From Lingula anatina (lineage: Eukaryota > Animalia > Brachiopoda), in the NCBI GenBank assembly GCA_051362555.1, contig CM120645.1:20398001-20462000 (forward strand): DNA of 64,000 bases. Direction: 5' to 3'. A model generated the notes under the pieces. It saw nothing but the letters and a program-made list of their open reading frames with translations. It had not been told where the DNA came from and did not search any database. Shown here one piece after another: positions 1 through 12,087 of this stretch; within the stretch, counting starts at the first letter, position 1; each line of letters opens with the position of its first letter. The position numbers and the translations under genes were made by a program.

Positions 1-1450
1 AATGTGACTAGCAAAGGTCTTCAGGCCCATGGAACTTCAAAGTCACAACTTGAAAATGCCAAAATGTAAACAAGACAGCACTGTTCTGAAATGTTTTTTT
101 TTTTCCATTTTTAACAATTTTTTAAACATAAAACAAAATTAACAGGTTACTGCCATTTTTATACGATCAACTAAGAAAATTGATGAGATGGGAAAAATAT
201 CAATACAACAGTGTTAAATGTCCAATTTCCTCCATTCTGAGATTCTGAACATAGTGAATGATTAAATCTGACAAACTGCAATGATATGAGTTTGTTTCCA
301 TTTTTGAAACTTTATTACACAATACAAGATAACAAGTTTACCATCATTTTTACATAATCAACTAATAATGTTGTAAAGATGCAGGAAATGTCAACCAAAC
401 ACTTTTACATGTCTTATTAGTTAAATAATAAGACTGTTAACATGCCTAAGAATTGAATCTGAGGAAATGTGAAACAAGACAGCACTGTTCTGACATGGGT
501 TTATTTCCATTTTTAACACTTTTTTTAACATAAAACAAAATAAACAGTTTACTGCCATTTTTATAGCATCAACTAAGATAATTGATGAGATGGGAAAATA
601 TCAATAGAATAGTGTTAAATGTCCAATTTCCTCCATTCTGAGATTCTGAACATAGTGAATGATTGAATCTGACAAACTGCAATGATATGAGTTTATTTCC
701 ATTTTTGACACTTTATTACACAATACACGATAACAAGTTTACCATCATTTTTACATAATCTACTAACAATGTTGTAAAGATGCAGGAAATGTCAAACAAA
801 CACTTTAATGTATCTTATTAGTAAAATAATAAGACTGTTAACATGCCTAAGAATTGAATCTGAGGAAATGTGAAAAAACAGCATAACTTCTAAAATAATG
901 GCCCGATTATGCTGATTTTCGAACTCAACCTGCGTTTTAGTAAGATTGACCACTCCTGTGAGTTTAATGACAATTGGCCCATCTGTTTTTCTTAAATTGT
1001 GTTTACAGTGTTGCACATATGCTGAAAAAAGGAAAAAACAGCATAACTACTAAAATAGTGGCCCGATCATGCCCATTTTCGGACTTGACCTGCGTTTTAA
1101 AAAGATTGATTACTTCTCTGAGTTTCATGACAACAGGCCTAACGGTTTTCCTTAAAATGTGTTTACAGGGTTGCATATATGCTGAAAAGTGAAAAAACAG
1201 CATAACTTCTACAATAATGGCCCGATCATGCTGATTTTCGAACTTGACCTGCGTTTTATGAATATTCATCAGCTCTGTAAATATAAAACCAAAAAATAAA
1301 ACTGTGTTCCACTTATCGTGTTTACAGTGAAAGTGCACGGCGACGGCATCGCCATCGGCATCGGCATCGGCATCGGCATCGGCGACGACGGCGACGACAG
1401 ACGCAGGTGATGGCAATATGTACAGACACATCTGTGTCTGTACATAATAA
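1..1450 (-). mobile_element. Non-autonomous Helentron/HINE-like element carrying a tandem-repeat array (probably extends beyond the window start)
   Basis: Read on the minus strand: palindromic head ATGTACAGACACA/TGTGTCTGTACAT (~1418-1445), a GTC/GATGCC microsatellite (1338-1400), then ~160-bp tandem units (starting ~875, 1035, 1194) and ~403-bp dimeric units (starting ~64, 467). Head + microsatellite + tandem array is the layout known for molluscan HINE/pearl-like elements. Confidence 0.6.
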
Positions 1451-3512
1451 ATCTTTTTTTTTTTTCTTATGCCAAAAATGTATACGCAGACCACCCAAAC
1501 ATTTATGGGGCAAAACCAGGGAAGAGAAGGAAAAATATGTAACACGAAATCTGTAACATAACCAGAAAAAGGTCCTACACAAATTAAAAAACAGTTTAAC
1601 AAAATCAAAGTATTTTTTTTTTGTGGGGGGGAGACAAACAAAATAGAATACACAATGGAATATTTTATATTTTTTGTTGGCCTTATCATCATGGTAAGCA
1701 CTTGGTAAAAACATATGATGCCAGCTTGAGTCCAAAACCAAAAAGAAATGTTATTCAACTCAATTTGCTCACTGCAGTTGTAGCCACTTCTTTATTTTCA
1801 ACTTCTGGGAAAAGTATCGACAAATTCCCAGAAATCAATTTCTTCAGTTTATCTTCTAAGCTATCATTTACAACTCCTAATCTTTCTGACCTTTTAGAGT
1901 ATACTCAGAAGAAATGCTTCCTCCACATGTTATGATTCACAAAATATCACTTAAGTAAATAATGTCCAAGTATTACAAAAATAAAAGGCACAAGAAGGTG
2001 AAAAGTAGCATGCAATGTACTAAATTTAACTTTTTTACTGGCCAAAGGGCCAAATGTTTTGCATAGGTTAGAAGAGAAAAATGACTCCGGTTATTCTAAA
2101 ACTGTCCAATAAAGACTTCTGTACTGTCATTTTTTTTACTATGTTTGGGGAGGGGGTCTTGCGGGGGATCATGGGGTTGGTCTAAGAATTGAAAATGTAT
2201 TCTTCGCATATATTAAAATGAAATGTTTGACTTGTTTGCACATGCATTCATGCTGGTGACTTTTGACATTTGTTGTAATGGTGACCTTGGCTACGTAACT
2301 GTTGGGATGTTGACATTTGACAACTGTTGGGATGGTGACCTTGACTTACTGTTGGGGTGGTGACTTCTTTTTCTTACTGTTGGGGCTGAGGATAGTGTTA
2401 TTATTGCCTTGCAAACTAAACAATTTGCAAGAAGTTTGTATTTGCAGAGCCTTATTCAATTCCTGTAGTCAAATCACAATGAATAAATGTGAAAATTTCA
2501 TTAAATATGTTCTTGTTCTCCTGTGTAGACAAGGCACTTACAAGATAAGACTGATGAAATCAATGTTACAACTAGAACACTAAGTTATATATGATGATAA
2601 AATCTGAAGTAAATATCAACCCAGGGAACAATTCGCGATAAGATATTATATAAGTGCCACATATCAAATAGCCAATGCCATTGTCATTGCACAAATACTT
2701 GAACATTTTCTGGCCATGCTTTTTTCATCCTCTGGCACAACTTAACATAAAAGTGAACCAAAGGTATAAAGTGTATGGACATGTTACATTTTACCACTTG
2801 TATATCTTAAATGTCATATCTTGTATGTCATATCTTGTATGTCATAAATAATAACATTCCTTATTTCTTAAAAGTTGCCACACTCACATCTCAGAGTTAC
2901 TTTCTGTAAAAAAAAATTATAGTTGCTTTATGAAAAGAGAGGAAAAAATTATTTGCTCGGTTCAATAATTGTTGGTGTTGGTAGCAAGAGGGGGAGTCAC
3001 CCTGTGTTGCTCGAGCGGGAACACCTTGACGACCGAGGGGCGCAATAAAATCGTAAAATACTAAGATGGATACTTGAGCGAGGTTGGCGGGGTCAATAAA
3101 GACGCTTTTGAATTGAAAGATAACACCACTGCAATAATCTACAATTGTTTATTAAGCACAATATATCATAAATAGATTTAACTGTCTTCTTATAAACATA
3201 CATATTTCCAAACAGACAGTGTGTGATAGATTATATGGAAATATCAGATAATTTTTGACATAAAGTATCGTCTTCCCGTAGAGTTATTACTGTTTACAAA
3301 CATTACTGTGGCCTTGGGTTACTACATCTGTAGCTGAAGCATATTCATTTTCAAACAAAACATCCCACAGAGATAAAACCACATCAATGATAAAAACCCC
3401 CAAGAGATTTTTCCTTTTAGTATTTGCTTCTTCAGATGTTTTAGCTGGAATTCATAAACAGTATTCATTTATTTATTTTGTTCTTATGACACAATGATTT
3501 GGTTAAAAACCT

Positions 3513-3546
<34 letters not shown>

Positions 3547-4937
3547 TTTACTGCAGTCCAAATAATTCAACAATGGGCTCAAAGAGACTTCAAATTATAA
3601 AATCAGAGTCAAAAGGTATATAAATCAATGTACCCTGCACACTTTTGGATATTTTTTTCTGTATTAGAATACAAAACAGACAATTTTTCTACTTGGGATG
3701 GTTTTTCATATCTGTGTTGCACAGACTTAGTGTCTGTATCCTCAATCAAAACATCGGCTTTTGACCTCCTCATTCTTATCTCTCCAAGGCATCAGACAGG
3801 TTAACCCTTTCCTTATTTGGTTTACCCTTCCCCTTATTTGAACTTGAGGGTTAACCAAAAACATTCACAGGGTGCCACTACTTCCATTTCACTTTCCCCA
3901 GAGTCTCTGTCTCTGACAGCAACCATCTGATCATAAGCGGGATCGTGAGCAAGGCAAATGACCAGTACACCCCAAAGTGCTGAACTAAACAAAAATCAGT
4001 TTTTAAAGTTTTATTCATTACTTTAAAGAAAAAACATAGAACTGTTCATTAAATATTCAAAGACCCTAAGAATATACATGTAGATCTTTTAATCCTGTGA
4101 ATCCATTCTCTCAGTACAAGTACTGGTATGTACATGTAACTATAGAAGTAAATATGAGGACAGAAATAGAGATAGACCAGCATTGCTTAATAACTATATC
4201 TCATGATGGGTGCTCATCAATTTAACTGTAACATATGATTAATATTGTCCCACTTTCTTTTCACATATAGGTTTGTTTTGTTTTTTTTTTTTTTGGGGGG
4301 GGGGCATACACATAAATAAAATTTCTGTAGTATCTTATATATATTATCTAGTTCTTTCTCATGTCGGGATCTGACTTTTTAAAGTTACTGGTGTAACTCT
4401 TGATTGATATTTTTCAATCAATTGCAGATCTCTTTCTCAAACTAGTTCCATTATTCTGTGAGGCCTGCTAATCTAAATGAAATATCTGCACAAGTTAGCT
4501 GTTCTGCCTCGACTAGACTTGATCATTACCTGACTATAGCCATAAATTTGTGACAATAAAAGGCCCTTAACAGGCACTTAGGCTATGTAATTTCAAATTA
4601 TGCTATTTGTTTGAGCCCAATTCTTGCACCAGCTTCCATGCCATTTAAATTTGTCAGAGTGTCAAATGATTTATGGAAGGAGGAGTTCATCAGAAGTTGG
4701 TAAACCCATTACGGTAAACTTGATTTTTTCTTTTCAAAATCGACTATAGCTAACTGCATTTATCTGCTGAAGTTGTATTACTTGCCCTAAGATAAGTTCA
4801 ACAAGAAGTGACAATGTGTGTTTTAAATTGCCTTAAGTATCTTATCACTCTGATAATTAAGTAAGAAATGCAAAGAAATAAGAAATTGCATTTCAGAAGA
4901 GCATGAGAAAGAGCATGTGAGCATAAATGTGTGCAGT

Positions 4938-4951
4938 GGTGTGTGTGTGTA

Positions 4952-4992
<41 letters not shown>
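4938..4992. repeat. Compound (GT)n(GA)n microsatellite
   Basis: Seen directly in sequence. Confidence 0.95.
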
Positions 4993-5009
4993 TATGAGTA
5001 GCACTGTGA

Positions 5010-5480
5010 TATCAGAAGGTATAATTAAGTAGTAAATAATGCACTGTCCACGAGCCCGATATCACGATAGCATGCCGAGCGCCAGCGAGGCATGCTATCG
5101 TGGATATCGGGCGAGGGGGTAACAGTGCATTATTTGTCATACATACAAAGGGAAATCGTGCGTGTTCCCCACCCCAAACCCCTAACTTTGAATAGAACAC
5201 GCTGATATCACCGCGCATGGGGTGATATCAGAGAATGGACTTTCCCCGCGTATACTGCCTAATTGCGGTCACCGTCCAATCATTTTCATTTACGTGAATG
5301 GTTTGTGGTTGCGTGTGTATTGACAGGGACATGGGTCAGTGGTTTTCTGCGAGAAGTTGGCTAATTTCCTGCCCATCTTTCGCACGTGGCAGTCACTCCG
5401 TCTCATTCATTATATCGGTCCCTGCAATCCTTTTGTTTAGATATCAACCCCATGGTATGTATTACTAGATATAACTGATT
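5010..5480. mobile_element. Probable non-autonomous repeat with an internal GC-rich hairpin
   Basis: Inverted repeat GCCCGATATCACGATAGCATGCC ... GGCATGCTATCGTGGATATCGGGC (5054-5112) inside a CpG-rich block set in AT-rich DNA; boundaries approximate. Confidence 0.4.
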
Positions 5481-8132
5481 TTCTCCCATGCCCCCTCCCA
5501 CACACACACACACACACCCACATATTCTTCCCATCCCATAACGTGCTGATAGACAGGAGGCCAATGAAAGCTGACCAGGGGGTCAATATAAGATCAAAAA
5601 GTTAAATATAAGATTTGGAATGTGCATTAGACAAATGTTTGCCATTCAGTAACCTTTGCTGACTGACAACTCAAATCTAAACTCAACTGACATGGATGAG
5701 GGATATATATAACATTGCACCTGTTCTTCATGGCAATTACTTTATAATTTCAATATCTGGCTCATTCTAATATTCTACATTTTCAACACATAATTTTTTT
5801 AAAACTTTAGTTTATCACACAAATCTACTCTCTGGCATGAAGCCAACTAAGATCCACTTTACAGAAATACTGAATCGATGAATTTAATCTTTATAGACAT
5901 AACAGAGTTCAGGGGGAAATTCTCAATTTCTTTTGTCCAAATCTAATGAGTTATTACCAAAAGCTCTCCGTAAGCTTCCCACTCAACCCCCCCCCCCCCG
6001 CCCCACTCCTCCAGACCCTGTCACTTCCCGATACATCAGTTCCATTAAGATAATTAGGTTCAACTATGCTGATATATTAGCTGTGTTTATATGTCTGTTG
6101 AATCACCTGTTTACATCTTACTTGCCCTATCTACCTTGATTACCCATCAGGAAGAGAGGATGGTGATTGAATGTCAATATGGAGACTGTGAGTAATGCTT
6201 GAAGTCTTAGTCTCTCCAAACTGGGGTCTGTTTTCACCAAAAAAAAAAAATCATACTGAAAACTATTATAAACTTTAACGCTATCGTTTTACTCTGCTTT
6301 GACAGGAGACAAGTTGGTTACAGTCCAATTCAAAGAACTATTCTGCACGTTTTATGTCAAGAGAGAAATTGATATAGTTCTGGTAATTAAACTCCATTTT
6401 ATACTTCTGTATCACCCTGATATATCTGCCTAACTTTCAGAAACAATATTTAAAAATAAAAAAGTCTAACATGCTCCTCTCCCTCTAACCTTTTGTCCTT
6501 ACCACTCACAAACTGATTTAAAGGCCGAGAATAAGAGTTAACATTCTATATTAAAGTCAGAGGCACTAAATCACACCCCAGGTAACATCCTTACCTACTG
6601 TAGGCCTGCAGGCTATTTTCAGGCTACGATCAGGTCACTTAACAGTAAAATGCGTGAAATACACTGCTGGTGAGAGTAGGGATAAATTCGCCTTTTATAG
6701 GAGATTAAGTACACACAAAAAACTACTAATACCTGTGTGAGTTGTGTAAAATCACTAAGAAAGAGGGAGAGAGAGAGAGAGAGAAAGAGAGGTCAAAATA
6801 AATGACTGAATTGGCATAAATATCACTTATAAGCAATATCCTTTTTTTTTTTTACAAAATTACCTTTAATACAGAGCTAATATTTTTTTTTACTTAAAGT
6901 AAATTCACACTTTTGTAATTGTTATACTCATTTGCCAACAGACTGCATCATGGCTGACTGCAACTTCAATAAAAGAAATCAAATAAGGATGAGTTTGGTC
7001 ACTTGTAATTTTAATTACATTAAAAAATGTAAAAAGCCATACGTAACTCTTAAAAAAGTATTTCTCTCTTTTGGATGCCGTGAGCACCAAAAAGTCTAGA
7101 ATTTTGCTGCAGGAGAAGCATGTATATAGATACTCATTTTCTTATTTTGCTCAGCATCTTTGCATATAAATACTAATTTGCAGATATTTCCCATAAAAAT
7201 CACTTATTAACAGCTTGAGGATGAATAAAATTGCTTGGCTTTATCCAATTACATTAAATAACACTGCTAAAAAGGACTTGGTGCTAATGCACCTCTTTAA
7301 CAAATTATGCTCCACTACAAATGCTACAAACATATGTTCCACCTTTTAACAAAACATGGTATTTAGCCCATTCACCAAATAGCAGTATTATTCAGAAATG
7401 CATCAACTGATCTCTCAAAATAAAATCAACTGCCAAAGGGAACAAAGGGCTAAGTTTGATATGATAAATGTCATTCAGAAAGGACTGTGTAAGGTTCAAG
7501 CATGTAGCTAGTGACCAACAATACCTAAAACCTGCATATCATCAATCAAATATTATTCAAAATTACATTCTAGTTTCATATTTCAGTTGCAAAATCAATG
7601 GAATACAATGATCAGATGCCACTCTGTGAATAATTTATATCCTTATAATTGTTAATTTCTACATGTTCATTGGAAAAGCATAAAGGCCAGTGGATATAAA
7701 AGAAAGCCAAAAACAAATGCAGGCCAGAAAACAAGATAGATCAATTTTACACAAGGAATCCTAGAATCATGTTTATCAACCCTCCAAGCCCAAAACAGTA
7801 TAAAATGTCAATTTCCAACCTTCCAAATACCTTGGGGTAGTTTTTCCACTTCAGGCATACACGGATATTTTACTTTAGAGTAAGACGTACATACCCTTTA
7901 TCGTTACTACCAGCTGCAATTTTAGCCCATCATCCACTCCTTACCAGCTAATAGCACATCTTCTGCAGTCTATCAAATTATCAGGAACATTATAAAGACT
8001 TAATATATCCATGCAGTATATATTTAGGATGAACATAAATGCATTCAAAATAAGCCTGAGAAATTGATCCCAAGTCACCAGCTCAGCAGTATTCCATCTT
8101 ATAACTATATTTCCATTTAATGCAGGCAGTTA

Positions 8133-8350
8133 GATACCATTCCCTCAGATTTTAGATCGATCTATCCCTATGGGGAGTCTCACTTGATTACTGTCAGCTT
8201 AGCCAGATTAAATGTCTGTCCTGCCTTCTAAAAGCTGTAAGGGGGTAATTAACTACTATGGTGCGCGCTCGACTGACAGCAATTTAGCGTGAACCCCCAG
8301 GGAGTTAGGTGGATCCAGATGGATCTATCTAAATCTCTGGGAATGCACTC
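8133..8350. mobile_element. PIF/Harbinger (Tourist-like) MITE, family A, copy 1
   Basis: TIRs (CATTCCC-CAGA-TTTAGATCGATC) flanked by a TTA TSD (8130-8132, 8351-8353); same family as 29144-29358 and 56744-56958, in the opposite orientation. Confidence 0.85.
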
Positions 8351-9325
8351 TTAGCCTTTTGCCATGGAGGCAATAGTTAAACTCTACTGGGATACTATGC
8401 AATAGTTTAACTCTGCTGAAATATACTATCTTCACATAATTATGTCCCTATCGGAAATAGTTAACATTTCACTATAGCAGTTTGAAATAAAAGACACAGC
8501 AGTCCTCTTTAACAAAGTTCATGCAAGTATAAAAATTGTATTAAAAATATTTAAAATTAGCAATTTTATGTGTTGTTTCAACAATATTTACAAATACAAC
8601 TGCAAAGATGTAATTGATGCTGTAAAAAAAACTAACATACAGCAATTAATTCAATCCATTTCACATAAAACATAAAAAGTGTGTTAAACATCACCTGAAC
8701 AGCATTATTTTCATTTATTTGCAGTTAGATGTAAAAGCACTGTAAAATCATTATGCACTTTATTCTGACCTATAATCTTTTTATAACTCATTCAAAAGGC
8801 ACCATCTTTAATAAACATTCTGTTTGAACTACCTGGACATTGCTAGCTCTAAATCTATATATTGCCCTTGCTGGTAAAGTTTTGTCCTAGAAGTTCTAAA
8901 TATCACTGATGTTCAAAAATATTAAAACTCAATGCTCCGTGGCCGTTTGTTAAACCGTTTAACTCTTATGCACCAACACTTAAACGCACTGCTCTCTGAC
9001 TGCATGTGCTTCGCGGTGAACCGCACGTTCATGCTCTGTTGCAACTTCGCCTAGTAAACAACTTGTGTTTTCCTGCCCCCAGTATATAAACAAATGCTTT
9101 TTTCTACGTACTGATTGACTTATATACATTCTACAACTCCTGTCTCAACTTCAACGCTGTAAAATACGCGAAAGCATTCGACTTAAACTGCGAAGTTGAC
9201 CGAAGATTTTACTACTTTCTTTCCACTTGATCAACAAGGAAGTATCAAACTATTTACTAGTTAGTGCGGTAACTAACAACCCTCATCAGAAGGTGTGCTT
9301 TAAATCATACCAAAGTTTCACTTAC

Positions 9326-9403
9326 CAGTGGTGTACAATCTTGTGCCCAAGAAAGCCTCGCAATTAGAACAAAAACAAGTTCTAGTACAAGTTTCACTGA
9401 CAT
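9326..9403 (-). CDS. First coding exon (signal peptide) of IL-17-receptor-like gene copy A; remaining exons not found in the window
   Basis: ATG at 9403, MSVKLVLELVFVLIARLSWAQDCTPL, then a GTAAGT donor; near-identical to exon 1 (31648-31725) of the paralog whose later exons resemble the IL-17R ectodomain. Confidence 0.7.
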
Positions 9404-9487
9404 TTTAGCTGTTTCTTCTCTCCAGCTTTCACATGCTTGAGCTGCGCTGGTTTGTGGACGGTTTCTTGGAATTGGGTCAAAAAGAAC

Positions 9488-9495
9488 TATTTATA
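9488..9495 (-). promoter_or_regulatory. TATA box of IL-17R-like copy A
   Basis: TATAAATA on the minus strand ~85 bp upstream of the ATG; the paralog has TATAAGTA at the same position (31811-31818). Confidence 0.6.
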
Positions 9496-9635
9496 GTCCC
9501 CTTAAAGTGCCCGGATTAACACCTTCAGCATAAGCTGCCGCTTGCGGGGTCGAAGCTAAATCGTGGTGTTAAACAAGAGTGCGCATGCGCAAAAATTTCA
9601 GCTACGTCATGCGCACGTGATGTAAACAAACCAAC

Positions 9636-12047
9636 ATGGCTTTGAAGGCCGAAGAGCCGGTAGTTTTCTCTACTTGGTATGAGGCAGACCAGTTTTTCCA
9701 AAGCTATCAAAGGGAAACTGTTTCCAGGTGGAGAAAAGTGGTCTCCAAGTTGCATTTAGGTAAGTGATAACATGACCATTGTCAATTAAGCCATAATTTA
9801 CAAGGAGATTACCAATGCTCTGGCCCAGAGTCTAGTTCTTGGCGGGAAATCTAAGTTGACTCATTATTAACCTACTCATTTTATCCTCTTCGTGAATGGA
9901 ATTTTATCTCGATTAAGGCCTGGTTGATAAATGGTGAAGTGAACTCAGAGTATTGGCCGTGGTGTGGCTTATACATAACATGAACTTTAAAGTATATATC
10001 AAAATGGCAATTTAGTATTTTTCTTGATTCTAAAGCCAGTTGACCTAAAGTTGAGGGAAAGAGATTGTGAATCAGAGGGCAAACTGACCACTTGAAAATC
10101 ACTGCTTATAGCTAGTACATGCATAATAGTTAATCTATGTTATTGTTTATGTATTTCTAATATTCAAAAACATTTTTACTTTCATTTAGATGTTAGTGCA
10201 GAGGACTTTTTAAAAAGTCTATCTCCCAAAAACCATGTTCGATGGTTCACAAACAACATCCCATTTAATGGGACGCCCTTTTACGTTATTGGATATGATG
10301 AATATGACTGCCACAGAGGTCCAGACAGAGATACCGAAACCAAAAAAAGAGCAAAGGAGGCCCGTGAGCTGAAAAGGGTATGTGAAAACGATAATCATAT
10401 TGTGTGTTCTTTTACTAATTTGTATGCAGTACATGTATGTATGGAATGTGGGAGTACTTTCTGCATATGCTTATTTAAAAAAATTGCCTTAAAATAACTC
10501 TGAATTTCAGAAATGAAATGTTAACTATGTATGCTTAAAGCTGTCTAATGGTATTTACTTGTGCATACATTATATTTTATCATTGTTACATGTGTTTTAT
10601 CTGGTCAATTAAATATTTTTAATATAAATGTGAGATGCAGAAATGGTTCTACCCTAGTTCTTGATCTATAATCTGAACATTTTATCCATTATCCACAGAT
10701 GACAGATCATACATTTTGTAATGTAGTGAAGAGTCGGAGAATAGTTCAGGACACCAAAAAAGTGAATTGCCCTGCCCAAATTACATTGACCAGGATAGTG
10801 CAGTTTCCTGACTATAGAGTAAGCATGTTTTTTTACAGGTCTTATAGCTTATTGTTACATAGATTTATAGTTGTTACTATGTAATGTGTTCTTGTTGATT
10901 AAAGGACATCTTGACTTTATTGCTCTAAATGTTGCCTCTGATGTAGAAAGGAAAATATGATATTAAAATAAAAAAGGGATCATTTTAGGCCAAAAACAAT
11001 GAGTGGGAAAAAAGGAATAAATCCAAGGATCTACGAAGTGCCATCAAACCTGAGTGCCAGTTTGAAGAGGCCTTCTATTTGACACTACCCTCAGAAAACT
11101 GTCATATGGGACATCTTACTAAAGGCGTTGTAAGTTTTTTCATAGGGAGTATTTTGTTGAGAATTTCATAACAAAATAGTTGGATGATTTCATATAAAAA
11201 GTGATTTGTAATGTAAAAAAATGTTAATTTTCTGTCATGTTTGTGATTGATTTTAAAGAATACTATAAGTATCCATAATTATATGTAATTGAAATATACT
11301 GTTCCTTTATTTTAGGACGAGCATTTTGGTAAGACACTTATATATAACTTACATTTGTCCTGGTTTTGCCTTGTGTGCTTTTCTTATGTAAAAGATCTTA
11401 TTTCATAATTCCTGCACTACCCAATTTATCTGCATTTGCTTACTTTTGATAAATATATATTAATATGGTGGTTGGGGCTTTGTGTGATCTTGCTTTGTGT
11501 GCTTTTCAGATGTAAATGGTTTTATTTCACTATTCCTGCACTTTTCTATTTATCTGCATTTGCTTACTTTTCACAAGTAATTTCAGTTTAATATGGTTAT
11601 TGGGATTATGTATGATCTTTTTTTTTTTTTTGCTTTTCTGATGTACATAAATGTTAGCTCACAATTGCTGCACTTGTTTGTGACAATATTTCTAATCTCA
11701 CACTATACACCTGATTCATTCCAAATTCTAAAATTCTAAGTCTAAAAAATGATTGATTAAATCTCCCTGCTTTGTGTAAGTGATCATTGAGGTGAGGGTA
11801 GTTTATAGTGTACCTGAAGGATGTCAAAGGTACAATCAAGTTGATATGTGACATTGTTTAGTAACAAAATGTAGGTTTTGCTGCGAAGGCAATGTTGGTA
11901 AGTAAATATGCCCAAACTACAAGACAAAAAATTGTATTCTAATAACCTAGCTGAACATTAAGTTTGGTAGAAAATGGCAGCTTTTCCATTTGGCAGTAAT
12001 GCTTAGGGAAAATACTCATAGCCACTTTTATCATGGCTGTCATACTA

Positions 12048-12087
<40 letters not shown>

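Noticed and set aside
1003-1758. 251-aa and 139-aa minus-strand ORFs with (AD)n or (RC)n runs
   Set aside because: They run through a microsatellite and tandem repeat of a non-coding element; no protein-family motif.
1730-1930. Short minus-strand open stretch (SERLGVVNDSLEDKLKKL...)
   Set aside because: No recognisable domain or convincing splice sites linking it to IL-17R-like copy A.
3850-3985. Possible minus-strand exon after a CAG acceptor
   Set aside because: Frames read end in stops and show no similarity to the IL-17R-like exons of the paralog.
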